A stretch of 64,000 nucleotides of DNA from Gemmatimonadaceae bacterium (GTDB taxonomy: Bacteria; Gemmatimonadota; Gemmatimonadetes; Gemmatimonadales; Gemmatimonadaceae), in assembly GCA_040901985.1 (NCBI GenBank), contig JBBDYC010000007.1, positions 55,657 to 119,656 of the forward strand, in the 5' to 3' direction. A program made the translations under genes and the position numbers. This document shows positions 12,602 through 24,821 of the stretch, piece after piece (the first letter of the stretch is position 1; every line of letters starts with the position of its first letter). The notes beneath the pieces are model-generated. The model made no database searches, was not told the DNA's origin, and worked only from the letters and a program-made list of their open reading frames with translations.

Positions 12602-12763
12602 TCAGTGCGACGCGCTCGACGCGGGCGCCTTGTCCGGCTTGAGGTACGTGGCCTTGTGGATCGAGAACGCCGTGAGGTTGGCGACGATCGCGAGGCCGAT
12701 GATCGCGGCCGCGAATCCCCAGCCCAGTTTGCTTGGATCTTTCTCTTCGCCGCTGCCAGACAT
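12602..12763 (-). CDS. Small single-TM protein (53 aa, absent from the ORF track)
   Basis: MSGSGEEKDPSKLGWGFAAAIIGLAIVANLTAFSIHKATYLKPDKAPASSASH*; GGGAG RBS; GC3-rich codons. Confidence 0.65.
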   Translation of the reverse strand: MSGSGEEKDPSKLGWGFAAAIIGLAIVANLTAFSIHKATYLKPDKAPASSASH

Positions 12764-12898
12764 GCGTCGGGACTCCCGTCAGGTCGGTGGGTCTTGGTCA
12801 ACGGCGGAATGGTAACCGCGGCTGGCGCCCCGGCGCCACTGGTGATGCCCGGCCGACCCGCATTGATTCCCGTGATGGTCGACTCCAGCGGCACGCCG

Positions 12899-13315
12899 TC
12901 AGCGGTCCTTGAGACGGTCGAGCGCTCTCCGGTCGCGCTTGGTGGGACGGCCCTTGGCCGGGTCCATTGCCGGCGCGGCGCGTGTGAGCTGCCAGTGCAG
13001 CTTCTCCCGCGAGTCGCGCGAGGCCGCCGTCTCCTCGAACAGCAGGGCGGCCTCGGCCGCCGGCCCGCGTCGCTCCGCCGTCCCCAGCACCTCGACGACG
13101 TGCTCGTAGGGACCGATGCGCACCCGGACCTCGCTCCCCGGACGGACGCTTTTCGCGGGCTTCGCGCGCTCGCCGTCCACCTGCACCTTGCCGCCCTCCA
13201 CCGCCTCAGCGGCGAGCGAGCGCGTCTTGAAGAAGCGCGCCGCCCAGAGCCACTTGTCCACGCGGACCGGAGTGGACGCGGGCGGGCGTGGCGGAACGTT
13301 CCCGGCGCGGGCCAT
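12899..13315 (-). CDS. hslR: Hsp15/S4 RNA-binding protein
   Basis: VRVDKWLWAARFFKTRSLA, GRPTKRDRR. Confidence 0.92.
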   Translation of the reverse strand: MARAGNVPPRPPASTPVRVDKWLWAARFFKTRSLAAEAVEGGKVQVDGERAKPAKSVRPGSEVRVRIGPYEHVVEVLGTAERRGPAAEAALLFEETAASRDSREKLHWQLTRAAPAMDPAKGRPTKRDRRALDRLKDR

Positions 13316-13327
13316 GGCCCGGAAGTT

Positions 13328-13855
13328 ATGCGCGCGGCAGCCGTCTGTCTCGCGCTCGCCCTTCTTCACCTTGGCGGTTGCGAAGGCGGGGACGCGAAGG
13401 CGGCGCGGGAACAACAGGCCGCGCGCGCGGCGATGGAGCAGGCCGCCGCCACCGCCACCCGTGCGGCGGCCACGCCCAGCACTGGCCTCTGGACCGAGGA
13501 GCATCTCGTCGAACGGCTCGTCCGCGCCGGCGTCGCGCCACGCCGAGTGGCCGAGGCGGCGCCGGGCCCTGAATGGATGCAGGTCCCGCGGCTCCTCTTC
13601 CTCGCCGGCGGTGGGGAAGTGCACGCCTGGATCTACCCCGACAGCGTGGCCCGCCGCGCGGTGACTGACCGACTCGAGCCACTGACCGGCGCGCCACGCG
13701 GCGAGATCTCGCCCTATGCCCCGCCGTTCCTCCTCGTCAGCCAGAACAACCTTGCCGCGATCATCGTCCGGGGACGAGTGTCCAACCACGACCGGATCGC
13801 GCTCGCCTTGCAGGCCGGGCTGCCGGTGACGACTGCCCCCCCGGCCCCGAACTGA
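13328..13855 (+). CDS. Hypothetical lipoprotein
   Basis: MRAAAVCLALALLHLGGC lipobox; typical codon usage. Confidence 0.65.
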   Translation: MRAAAVCLALALLHLGGCEGGDAKAAREQQAARAAMEQAAATATRAAATPSTGLWTEEHLVERLVRAGVAPRRVAEAAPGPEWMQVPRLLFLAGGGEVHAWIYPDSVARRAVTDRLEPLTGAPRGEISPYAPPFLLVSQNNLAAIIVRGRVSNHDRIALALQAGLPVTTAPPAPN

Positions 13856-13862
13856 GGTTTCC

Positions 13863-14657
13863 GTGCGACGCCGTCCGTCCACCCGATTGTCATCGGTCCT
13901 GCTCACGGTGTTCGCGATCCTCGCTGCGGGGCCGGCAGTCGGGCCGGCCGTGGGTGCACAGTCGCTTCCAACCCCCGCCGCGCTGGTCGCCCGCCACGAC
14001 TCGATCGTTGGCGGCCGGGCGGTCCTCGCCGCGCACCAGTCCATGCGACTGATCGGGTCGTTTACGCTCGCGGCGGCGGGCATCGAGGCGCCACTCGAGA
14101 TCCTCAAGGTCCGGCCGAACAAGTACATCTTCCGTTCCTCGTTCGGATCAATGGGCGAGGTGATGCAGGGATTCGACGGCACGACGGCGTGGGCGATCCA
14201 GCCGGGCGTGGGTCCGGTCCTCCTCACCGGGGCGCAGGCGGAGCAGATCGCCGAGCAGGCCGACTTCTTCGGCGACCTGCACGACCTCTCACGGTTCAGC
14301 TCGGCGGAGACCGTCGGCGAGGAGACCTTCGAGGGGCGCCGGACCTACAAGGTGCGGATGGTCCGCCCCAACGGCGACATCGTCCACGAGTTCTTCGATG
14401 CCGCGACGGGGCTCAGCGCCGGCGGGTCGGCGACGGTCCCCGGACCGACGGGCCTGATCGAGCACGTCTCGGTGTTCAGCGACTACAAGGTGTTCGACGG
14501 CCTCGGGATGGCCACGCGCGTGGTGCAGCGGCAGCCGCAGTTCGAGGTCGTGCTCTCGATCGTGGCCGTGGAATTCGATTCAGTGGATGAGCGAGCCGTT
14601 GCGCTTCCCGAGGCCGTGCGGGCGCTGCTGCCCGCTCCCGATGGGCGCCGGCCCTGA
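13863..14657 (+). CDS. Exported hypothetical protein (possibly LolA-like beta fold)
   Basis: Signal peptide; QGFDGTTAW and FSDYKVFDG beta-rich pattern. Confidence 0.65.
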   Translation: MRRRPSTRLSSVLLTVFAILAAGPAVGPAVGAQSLPTPAALVARHDSIVGGRAVLAAHQSMRLIGSFTLAAAGIEAPLEILKVRPNKYIFRSSFGSMGEVMQGFDGTTAWAIQPGVGPVLLTGAQAEQIAEQADFFGDLHDLSRFSSAETVGEETFEGRRTYKVRMVRPNGDIVHEFFDAATGLSAGGSATVPGPTGLIEHVSVFSDYKVFDGLGMATRVVQRQPQFEVVLSIVAVEFDSVDERAVALPEAVRALLPAPDGRRP

Positions 14658-14686
14658 CCTCGCCCGGGTCGGCGCGGTAGCGCCGG

Positions 14687-15145
14687 TCAGTCGTCGCTGC
14701 CGCCGGGGCGGCGGCGGTCCCGCTTGGTCGAGGACCGCCGTTTTTTCGTCTCGAGTCGTCGCTCCTTGGATGCGCGCGTCGGCTTGGTGGCGCGGCGCAC
14801 GCGCGGGACGACGAGGGCATCGCGGACGAGGCGCGCCAAGCGCTCGAAGGCCAGCGCACGATTCTGGGCCTGGCTCCGCGTATCGGCCGCGGTGACGCGA
14901 ATGACCCCCCGGGAATCGAGGCGCGTGGCGAGCTTCTCCTCGATCCGGGCGCGGTCGGCCAGCGAGGGTGCCGTCGAGTGGCGCGCGTCCCACGCCACCT
15001 CGACGCGCGTGGACGAGGTGTTCACGTGCTGTCCGCCGGGGCCGCCGGCCCGACTCGCCTTGACCGTCAGCTCGCCGGGTGGGATTGAGAGGCGCGTGTT
15101 GACCACCAGGTGACCCGCCTCGTCCCAGATCTCGCGCGGCGTCAC
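14687..15145 (-). CDS. arfB: Alternative ribosome rescue peptidyl-tRNA hydrolase (start uncertain)
   Basis: GGPGGQHVN, RSQAQNR, basic tail TKPTRASKERRL. Confidence 0.92.
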   Translation of the reverse strand: MTPREIWDEAGHLVVNTRLSIPPGELTVKASRAGGPGGQHVNTSSTRVEVAWDARHSTAPSLADRARIEEKLATRLDSRGVIRVTAADTRSQAQNRALAFERLARLVRDALVVPRVRRATKPTRASKERRLETKKRRSSTKRDRRRPGGSDD

Positions 15146-15203
15146 ATCCAGACCGGTCTGTTGCAGTTCGCCACGATGTTCGTCACCTTGGGGTTGTTGC
15201 GAA

Positions 15204-16900
15204 TTGCAAGACTCACGAGGACTCTTGGCCAAGCCGCGGGGCGAATCGAACGAGCGGTACCGCGTGGTGCTGAAGCCGCGCCGACTGCTGGTATGGATAT
15301 ATGTCGCGCGTCTCGTGGTGGCGAGCGCGAACTTCGGCTGGGCGCTGATCTTCGCGCTCTTCGTGGACCCGGTCTACACGTTCATCGCCGCCGCGACCTT
15401 CGTGAGTTCGATGGCGCTCACCGCGCTTTCGTTCGTCCGCACGGAGGTCAATCGCGTCCGTCCCGGCCCGGGGTTCCTCTACGTGCAGTTCGTGCACGAC
15501 CTCGTGTTGATCACGTCGGTGGTGCATCTGACGGGCGGCGGCGATTCGCAGTTCGCGGCGCTCTACATCCTGGTCAACGCGGCGGCGGCGCTGCTGCTGC
15601 CGATCGGCAGCTCGCTCCTGCTCGCGATGCTCGGCAGCGCGCTCTACGTCGGCGACGCCTTCCTCGTCAGCGGCGGCGACATCACGATCGCCCTCGTCCT
15701 CCAGCTCGTCGTCTTCACCGTGGTCGCCGTCGGGACGGGGTACATCGCCGCGCGGCTGCAGGAGGCGGGGGAGGGCCGGGAGCGCCTGCAAGCCGAACTC
15801 GCGAGCATGCGGCACCGCGCGGCCGACATCCTCGCCAACATCCAGTCGGGCATCATCACGGTGGATGACCTCGGGAACCTGCTCTACGCCAACCCAAGCG
15901 CCTCGGCCCTGCTCGAGGTGCCGCTGGAGCCGTTGATCGGCACGCCGGTGCTCGACCGCATCCGGGAGATCGCCCCGCCGGTGGCCGACGCAGTGCGCCA
16001 ACACATCAGCGAGCACCGCCTCAACGTCCGCTCCGAGGGCGCAATCGTCCGTGACGGGCGGACCATCCCGCTCGGGATCACCACCACCGCCGTGAGCGGC
16101 GACCTCCGGCAGGTCGGTGGGGCGACGACGGTCATCTTCCAGGACATCTCGGACGAGAAGCGCGTCGAGGCCCTGCGGCTGCGTGCCCAGCGGCTGGAGG
16201 CGGTCGCCGAGCTGAGCGCGTCGCTTGCCCACGAGATCAAGAATCCGCTGGCCAGCATCCGTAGCGCGATCGAGCAGCTCTCCCAGCGCACCGTGGCGAG
16301 CGACGACGAGCGAACATTGGGCGACCTGATCGTCCGCGAGTCGGATCGGCTCTCCCGACTGCTCTCCGAGTTCCTCGACTTCGCGCGCGTCCAGGCGGCG
16401 CGCCGCGAGGTGGTGGACCTCCGCGACGTGGTGCAGAGTGCCACCGCGCTTGCCGCGACGCATCCGGACCGCGGCGCCGATGTCGAGCTCGCGGTGAACC
16501 TCCCGGACGTTCCGGCGAGCGTCGAGGGAGACGAGGACCTGTTGCACCGCGCGGTCTTCAACCTCGTGCTCAATGCGTTCCAGGCGTCGGGGGAACGCGC
16601 CGTGGTGTCCGTCTCGCTCCGCCGGCTGTCGCAGGCGGAGCAGCCGTCCGGGCTCCCGTTCGTCGGCGACACGCTGGCGCTCGAGATCCGCGACGAGGGT
16701 GGCGGGATTCCCCCGGAGATCCAGAACCGCCTCTTCGAGCCCTTCGCGACGACGAAGCCGGGCGGCAGCGGCCTCGGGCTGGCCGTCGTCCATCGCGCGA
16801 TCGAGGCGCACCGAGGCGTGATCCTCGTGGACAGCGACCGCATCGGCACGCGCTTCACCGTCCTCCTTCCCGTGGCGGTAGCCGCCGCCGGAGTCCTGCC

Positions 16901-16904
<4 letters not shown>
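15204..16904 (+). CDS. pilS: Membrane PAS histidine kinase (start may be ~60 nt downstream)
   Basis: Multiple TMs, LAHEIKNPL, NLVLNA, GSGLGL; pil locus context. Confidence 0.85.
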
Positions 16905-18273
<1,369 letters not shown>

Positions 18274-18277
<4 letters not shown>

Positions 18278-19851
18278 ACGCTTCGGCCATCACGACCGGG
18301 CAGGACCCCCTCGCCGGCGCGCGCGCGGCGGTCGTCGCGGCGGTCGTGACGCTCGTGGTGGGCGTGGCGACGATGACGCCCGACCTGATCGGCGTCTTCT
18401 TCGACGACGCCATCTATGTGCTGGTCGGCAAGGCGATCGCCGAAGGGCAGGGCTACGTGTACCCACAGCTCCCCGGGACACCGCCGGCGATCCACTACCC
18501 GCCGGTCTGGCCGGGCGTGATTGCGCTGGTCTGGCGCCTCGGACCGGAGTTCCCCGGGAACATCGTCCTGCTCAAACTGCTCAACCCGGTCTTCCTGGCG
18601 CTGGCGGCGGCGGGCGGCGTGGTCGTGGCACGGCGTCACTTTGCGCTGCCATCGTGGGCCGCGGTGCTCGCCGTCGTCGCGGCCACGGCGAGCGTGCCGA
18701 TGCACGTGCTGACCAACGTCCTGCTCTCGGAGCCCCTCTTTCTCGCGCTCCTCTTCCCGACGATCCTCGTCACCGAACGCCTCCGCGCCGACGGCGGCAC
18801 GCGGTGGGCGCTCGCCGCGGCGGCCCTCGCGGCGGTGCTGGTCCTCACGCGGACCTTGGGCGGTGTGGTCGTCGTCGCCACGCTGATGGTGCTGGCCGCC
18901 GACCGGCGGTGGCGCGAGGGCGCCGTCTATCTCGGAGTGGTCGCGCTCCTCTTGCTGCCCTGGCAGTACTTCGTCTGGAAACACTCGGCGGGATTTCCCG
19001 ACGAACTCCGTGGATCGTACGGGCCATACCTCCAGTGGGTGACCGACGGCTACCGGGAGGGCGGGTTTGCCCTGCTCCGGGACGTCGTGATGAAGAACGT
19101 GGCGGACGCCTGGCGATTCGTCGGCGCCTTTCTCACGCCGCGGGTGACCGGGGTGGCGCGTCAGGCGGTGACGCTGGTGGCGATCGGCTTCTTTGTGGCC
19201 GGCGTCTGGCGCGGCTGGGGGCGGCCGGCAACGCGGATCCTCACGCTGGCCTTCGTCGGCTACATCGGCGTGACCCTCGCGTGGCCCTTTCAGGTGGACC
19301 GCTTCCTCTGGGCGGTCTGGCCGCTGTTCCTGCTCGTCGCGCTGGACGGCGTGCGCGGCAGCGTGCGTGCACTGCGCTCGGCGGCTCGGCCGCGCGCCGC
19401 CTGGGCCGTCGTCGCGGCGGGGGCCCTGCTCGTCATCGGCCACACCGCCTACAATGTCCGCGGCTTTGCGCGGGGCTGGGCGAGCAGCGCGTCGCGGCAG
19501 ATGTCCGAGCGGTCGGCCCGCGCCGTGCAGTACGCGAATGCCGACCCGCGACTCGTCGGCAAGGTCATCGGCACCGAGGCGGCGCCGATGGTCGCGCTCT
19601 ACACCGGACTGCAGGTGATCCCGGTCGAGATGCTCATCGTCCGCGACCATCTGGAGAAGAAGTCCGACCAGCGCAGCGCCGAGATCATCGCCGCGCTCGA
19701 CCGGCGCTTCGCGCCAGACGCCTATGTCTTCAGCCCCAATGGCCCACACCTGCGGGCGTTCCTGGCCGCCCCATTCGACTCCACCCGCCGATTCGTGGAG
19801 ATCACACCGCCCGGATCAGACGTTCGCTCCTTTCACGCCGTTCCCCGATGA
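18274..19851 (+). CDS. Polytopic GT-C-fold glycosyltransferase-like protein
   Basis: Acidic DD after TM1 (FFDDAIY), YPP, LSEPLF; many TM helices. Confidence 0.7.
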
Positions 19852-20600
19852 CCCATCCAACACCCCCGTCCGTGGCGCGCGTGCGCGGCCGCTCCCCGCT
19901 CCCCGCCGAGGAGCTGGTTCTCTCCGTGCTGATCCCCGTCTACAACGAGCGACACACCGTCGAGCGGATCCTCGACGAGGTCCACCGCGTGCCGATCCGC
20001 AAGCAGGTCATCTGCGTGGACGACTGCTCGACCGACGGGACGCGCGAGGAGCTCCGGCGACTGCACGCTGCGGGCCGGATTGACGTGCTGCAACTCCACG
20101 AGGTGAACCGGGGCAAGGGCGCGGCGATCCGCACGGCGCTCGCCGCCAGCACCGGGAACGTCGTCCTCGTGCAGGACGCCGACCTCGAGTACGATCCGGC
20201 CGACTGGCCGGTGCTCCTCCAGCCGATCATTGACGGGCGCGCCGACGCCGTCTTCGGGTCGCGCTTCCTCGGCGGGCCGCACCGGGTCCTCTATTTCTGG
20301 CACTCGGTCGGGAACTCGGTGCTGACGACGTTCAGCAATATGCTGACGAATCTCAACCTCACCGATATGGAGACCTGCTACAAGGCGATCCGCGGCGACC
20401 TGGCGCGGTCGCTCCGCCTCACCTCGGACCGGTTCGGCTTTGAGCCCGAGGTGACAGCGCGGCTGGCGCGCGCCAACGCCCGCATCTATGAAGTGCCGAT
20501 CTCCTACTCCGGCCGCACGTACGCGGAGGGCAAGAAGATCGGCTGGCGCGACGGCGTCGCCGCGCTCTGGCACATCCTGCGGTACAACCTCGCGCGATGA
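19848..20600 (+). CDS. GT2 polyprenol-phosphate sugar synthase (DPM1-like)
   Basis: [35 protein letters not shown]. Confidence 0.92.
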   Translation: MTHPTPPSVARVRGRSPLPAEELVLSVLIPVYNERHTVERILDEVHRVPIRKQVICVDDCSTDGTREELRRLHAAGRIDVLQLHEVNRGKGAAIRTALAASTGNVVLVQDADLEYDPADWPVLLQPIIDGRADAVFGSRFLGGPHRVLYFWHSVGNSVLTTFSNMLTNLNLTDMETCYKAIRGDLARSLRLTSDRFGFEPEVTARLARANARIYEVPISYSGRTYAEGKKIGWRDGVAALWHILRYNLAR

Positions 20601-22420
20601 CCGACGGCCGACGGGCGTGGTGGACCGCGCACCCGTTCGCGCTGCGGGCGGCACTCGTCGCGGCGGTGGCGCTGGCCGCCTCGGCGACGAGCCTGACGAA
20701 CGGCTTCGCCTACGACGACGTCCTGATCATCGAGACCAACCCGGCGGTCCACGACCTGCGCGCGCCGTGGGCCTACTTCGGCGAGACGTATTGGGGACCG
20801 ACGCGCGGCACGACGGCGCTGTATCGGCCGCTGGCGATCCTCGGCTACGCAGTGCAGTGGGCAATCGGCGACGGATCGCCGCTCGTCTTCCACGCCGTCA
20901 ATGTCCTCCTCTACGCGGCGGCCGCGGTGGTGGCGTTCGTGCTGCTTTCGCGGTTGCTCTCGCCGGTCGCCGCGCTGGTGGGCGGGGTGATCTTTGCCGC
21001 GCATCCGGTGCACGTCGAGGCGGTCGGCAACGTGGTCGGGCAGGCCGAGCTCTGGGTGGCGCTGGGCGTGCTGGCGGCGCTCGCGCTCTACGCCCGGGCG
21101 CGCCAAACGGGGCCGCTGACTATAGGGACCGGCGCACTCATTGCCGGGTGCTTCACGGCGGCACTCTTCTTCAAGGAACACGGCATCGTCCTGCCGGCGC
21201 TCATTCTCGCGCTCGAGTGGTTCGGTCGCGCCACGACGTTTTTCTTTGTCCGCCAGGAGGGCGACTGGCGTCGCGCGCGCACGCTGGCGCTCGCCCTCGG
21301 TCTCATCGCCGCCCTGTACGTTGCGCTGCGCGTGGCCGTCCTCGGCGAGGTCACCGGCACCTCGCCGGCGTGGGGGCTCCTCGGCCTCTCGGCGGGCGGC
21401 CGCGCTCGGGTGATGCTGGCGCTGGCGCCGGAGTTCGCCCGGCTGCTTTTCTGGCCGGCGCGCCTCTATGCCGACTACTCGCCGCGCCTCATCGCGGTGG
21501 TGCCCGACTGGTCGACTGCGCACCTGCCGGGGGCGGCGCTCGTGGCGGTCACCCTCGCGGCGGCGATGGCCGCGAGGCGCCGCGCCCCGATTGCCAGCTT
21601 CGCCGTCGTCTGGTTTGCCTGCACCATCGCGCTCGTGTCGAACCTCCTCTTCGCGAGCGGGGTGTTGATCGCCGAACGGACGCTCTTCCTCCCGAGTCTT
21701 GCCGTGTCAATGGTGCTCGGCCCGCTCATCGCCTGGCCGCTCACGCGATGGCGCGGCGCAGCCCTCACCGCGGTGCGCACCACCGCGTCGGCATTGCTCC
21801 TGCTCGCCGTCGTGCACAGCGCCGTCCGCCAGCGGATGTGGGAAGACAACGCCACACTCTTCGGCACGCTGGTCGCCGAGGCGCCCGCAAACTTCCGGGG
21901 CCACTTTGCGGTCGGCGAGATGTACTCGCGCGGCGGTCGCTACGACGATGGCGAGGCCGCCTTCCAGCGCAGTCTTGCACTCCACCCCGAGTTCGGGCCG
22001 GCCCGCCTCGCCCACGCGCGCATCCTCCATTTCCGCGGCCTCTGCCGCGAGGCGCTGCCCGAGTATGAGCGCGTCCTCGCCGGCGACCCCACCGTCGGCC
22101 TCGCACTGATTGGGCGCACGGCGTGCTTGGTGGATCTCCGGCGGCTCCACGACGCGCGCCGGAGTGCGCTCGACGGGCTCTTCGTGGAGGGGATGGAGCC
22201 CGCCTTCCAGGCCATCCGGCGGGCCACCGACTCCCTGCTCGTGGCGACCGACAGCGCGGACGCCAGGAATCGCTGGTGGCGGGAAGGGCGACCCTTCGAC
22301 CGCACCGGCCTTCAGCCTCGCGTCTGGGTCATTCTGGACTTCCCGACCCTCCACGACGCGGCTGGCAGGATGCAACACGCGCGGCCCTCTGCCGCCACTT
22401 CCACCGCCACGGACCGCTAG
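20597..22420 (+). CDS. TMTC-like GT-C glycosyltransferase with TPRs
   Basis: [35 protein letters not shown]-terminal TPR-like helices. Confidence 0.8.
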   Translation: MTDGRRAWWTAHPFALRAALVAAVALAASATSLTNGFAYDDVLIIETNPAVHDLRAPWAYFGETYWGPTRGTTALYRPLAILGYAVQWAIGDGSPLVFHAVNVLLYAAAAVVAFVLLSRLLSPVAALVGGVIFAAHPVHVEAVGNVVGQAELWVALGVLAALALYARARQTGPLTIGTGALIAGCFTAALFFKEHGIVLPALILALEWFGRATTFFFVRQEGDWRRARTLALALGLIAALYVALRVAVLGEVTGTSPAWGLLGLSAGGRARVMLALAPEFARLLFWPARLYADYSPRLIAVVPDWSTAHLPGAALVAVTLAAAMAARRRAPIASFAVVWFACTIALVSNLLFASGVLIAERTLFLPSLAVSMVLGPLIAWPLTRWRGAALTAVRTTASALLLLAVVHSAVRQRMWEDNATLFGTLVAEAPANFRGHFAVGEMYSRGGRYDDGEAAFQRSLALHPEFGPARLAHARILHFRGLCREALPEYERVLAGDPTVGLALIGRTACLVDLRRLHDARRSALDGLFVEGMEPAFQAIRRATDSLLVATDSADARNRWWREGRPFDRTGLQPRVWVILDFPTLHDAAGRMQHARPSAATSTATDR

Positions 22421-22470
22421 TCCATACGCTATCTTGTTCAACGGCAATACGTTATACCGGCTCGCCCCAC

Positions 22471-22485
22471 TGGCAAGCTTCTTGC
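22471..22485 (+). promoter_or_regulatory. Sigma54 -24/-12 promoter of the pilin gene
   Basis: TGGCAAGCTTCTTGC = GG-N10-GC, ~60 nt upstream of the pilin ATG. Confidence 0.85.
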
Positions 22486-22544
22486 CACTCATTGCTCTGG
22501 AGCCTGTGGCCCCACCGTTCCCCCCTTTTCAGGAGCACCATCGA

Positions 22545-22907
22545 ATGCTGACCAACAAGAAGGGCTTCACCCTGATCGAGCTGCTGATCGTCGTCGTGAT
22601 CATCGGCATCCTGGCCGCAATCGCGATCCCGAAGTTCGCGAACACGAAGGAGAAGGCCTACATCGCCACGATGAAGGCTGACCTCCGCAACCTCGTGACC
22701 GCGGAGGAAGCGTACTTCGCCGACAACGCGGCGTACACCGACAACCTCGGCACCGCGTATCAGACCTCGTCCGGCGTGACGGTCACGATCAGCGGCGTCG
22801 GCCCCGGCACGTTCGCGGCCGAAGCGGCGTACTCGGGTGGCACGACCCGCACCTGCGTGATCTCGGTTGGCACGGGCGGCAACGACGGCGAGCCGACCTG
22901 CAACTGA
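22545..22907 (+). CDS. pilA: Major type IVa pilin
   Basis: MLTNKKG|FTLIELLIVVVIIGILAAIAIP; AGGAG RBS; C-terminal Cys pair; own promoter and hairpin. Confidence 0.92.
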   Translation: MLTNKKGFTLIELLIVVVIIGILAAIAIPKFANTKEKAYIATMKADLRNLVTAEEAYFADNAAYTDNLGTAYQTSSGVTVTISGVGPGTFAAEAAYSGGTTRTCVISVGTGGNDGEPTCN

Positions 22908-22932
22908 TCGCACTTCGTTCAGCTTGAACGGC

Positions 22933-22961
22933 GCGGGCCGGGGGATCTTCCCCCGGCCCGC
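22933..22961 (+). terminator. 13-bp hairpin after the pilin gene
   Basis: GCGGGCCGGGGGA-TCT-TCCCCCGGCCCGC. Confidence 0.65.
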
Positions 22962-23075
22962 CCCCCCCCCCGCGCTGCATTTGGGCCAGGTGGGTTCGGG
23001 GGCAAGCGCCACGTTCCGGTCCCGCTGGCGATGCGGTGATGCCGGCTCCCGAACGCGCGCGGAGTAGTCTCGCGT

Positions 23076-23426
23076 ATGCGCGCCCGCGCCGGATCCTCGT
23101 TCATCGAAGTGCTCGTCGCCTCCGTCCTCTTGGCCGTGGGCATCGTCGGCTGTCTCTCAACGCTCGCCGCCGCCGCCCGGATGCGTCACGGGGCGTCGGT
23201 CCGCGAGGAACTCGCGGCGCGCGCGCACGACCGCCTCGGGTGGTTCGGCGCCCGCGCCTGCATCGGTCCCGATACGGCCGGCTCGGCTCCCGCCGGAGCA
23301 CCCGTGCAGGTGGACTGGACGCGCACTCGCAATGCGGCCGGCGCGCACCTCAACATCGAGCTCAGCGCGCCAGCCTCGGCGGCGGTGCATCGCGTGGTGG
23401 TCACGGCGGCGCTGCCGTGCCCCTGA
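23076..23426 (+). CDS. Minor pilin (PilV-like)
   Basis: MRARAG|SSFIEVLVA prepilin-like N-terminus. Confidence 0.7.
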   Translation: MRARAGSSFIEVLVASVLLAVGIVGCLSTLAAAARMRHGASVREELAARAHDRLGWFGARACIGPDTAGSAPAGAPVQVDWTRTRNAAGAHLNIELSAPASAAVHRVVVTAALPCP

Positions 23427-24211
23427 AGCGCGGCTACCTCCTGGCCGAGGCGATTGCCGCGCTCGCCCTCGCCGGTGTGCTTGCGGCGACCGCTGCCGTC
23501 GCCCTCGGCGGGGCCCGGCGCGCCCTGCTGGGCGGGGAACGTCGGGACCGCGCCGAGCGTGCCGAACGCGAATCGCTGGCGGTGCTCCGGGATGCACTCG
23601 AGGCGGGTGACCTGGTCGAGCTGCGCGGCGACACCGCGGTGGACCTCGACGTCCTCGCGCTCGTCAGCGTCGTTTGCGCGATCGAGCCGCGGGCGTTGGT
23701 CCTTCCGCCGGCCGTCGTGAGCGAAGGCGTCCCCCTGACCACGCAGGCGCAAGCCCCGGACGTGAACGACGTGGTGTCGGTGCTCGCGTCCGACGGCGCC
23801 GACGACGCCTGGTGGGTAACGACCGTGGACAGCGTACGGCTCTTCACTTCGCCGGGCACCTGCGACTCACAACAGGGGTGGACGGCCGTCGGCGACGACG
23901 CGGCACCTCGTTGGCGACTCCACCTCCGCGACTCAGTGCCGGAGGCCCTGGCTCTCGGCGCCCCGGTTCGGGTCGGCCGGGCGGGTCGGTTCACGCTCTA
24001 CCACGCCGGGCGCGGCGAGTGGATGCTGGGCTGGCGACGCTGCTCACCGATCTCGGGCGTCTGCGGGGTGGTGCAACCGGTATCGGGGCCGCTGCGCCCA
24101 CCGTCCGCGGGGGGCCTTCGGTTCTCCCTCTCGCTCCTGCCGGCGCGACTGGACATCCTCGTGACCGGCGCCGACGGAGGTCGCTCGGCGACGGCGACGC
24201 TGCACCTATGA
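23417..24211 (+). CDS. Minor pilin (PilW-like)
   Basis: MPLKRG|YLLAEAIAAL prepilin-like N-terminus. Confidence 0.65.
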   Translation: MPLKRGYLLAEAIAALALAGVLAATAAVALGGARRALLGGERRDRAERAERESLAVLRDALEAGDLVELRGDTAVDLDVLALVSVVCAIEPRALVLPPAVVSEGVPLTTQAQAPDVNDVVSVLASDGADDAWWVTTVDSVRLFTSPGTCDSQQGWTAVGDDAAPRWRLHLRDSVPEALALGAPVRVGRAGRFTLYHAGRGEWMLGWRRCSPISGVCGVVQPVSGPLRPPSAGGLRFSLSLLPARLDILVTGADGGRSATATLHL

Positions 24212-24672
24212 AGCGCGGTCGGCCCGGCATCGCCCTGCCGATGGTCCTGCTGGTGATGCTGGCGCTCTCAATCCTCTCCAGCCTGGCGCTCTTCGACGCC
24301 GTCCAGGGTTGGCGGGTGGCGCTCCTCGCCGAGGATGGCGTGCGCGCCCGTGCCGCGGCCTACAGCGCTCTCGGCGCGACCTTTGCGCCCCCGTCCTTGG
24401 CGCTCCTCTGCCTCCAGCCCCCTCATCTGCTGATGACCGGCGGAACGACCACCTCCGCCAACAGTCGCGCGGAGGTCGGCTGGCGCGCCGTCGGCGGCGG
24501 GAGGATCCGCGCCGAAGTCACCGGAATCGGGAGGCACGGGGCACGGTTCCGCCTGCTGGCCCTCCTCTCCCCAGACACCTTGCCGGACGCCGACGGGCCC
24601 CCGGGCTGTCCCGACGCCACCCGGCTCGTCCCGGCCGGCCGGACCTGGGTGCTGCGCGACCCCCAGGGGTGA
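24208..24672 (+). CDS. Minor pilin (PilX-like)
   Basis: MKRGRPG|IALPMVLLVM; lacks Glu5, as PilX/GspK do. Confidence 0.65.
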   Translation: MKRGRPGIALPMVLLVMLALSILSSLALFDAVQGWRVALLAEDGVRARAAAYSALGATFAPPSLALLCLQPPHLLMTGGTTTSANSRAEVGWRAVGGGRIRAEVTGIGRHGARFRLLALLSPDTLPDADGPPGCPDATRLVPAGRTWVLRDPQG

Positions 24673-24821
24673 TCGGTTGAGGGATTCCGTTACCTCCGGC
24701 CAGCTAAGTTCGTGTACCTGTGCAGGAACCACCCTGCGCGATGCATTGACCCTGACCGGGCACGCCCGCAACTTTGGCGACCCGAGAGTTTTCGTCCCGC
24801 TCGACGTCCTACGGACATCCC

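Noticed and set aside
22545..22907. Conductive e-pilin (Geobacter-like F1/F24/Y32/F51/Y57, with ccm genes nearby)
   Set aside because: It lacks Y27, has only 9 aromatic residues in 113 (~8%), and no multiheme cytochrome gene is in the window.
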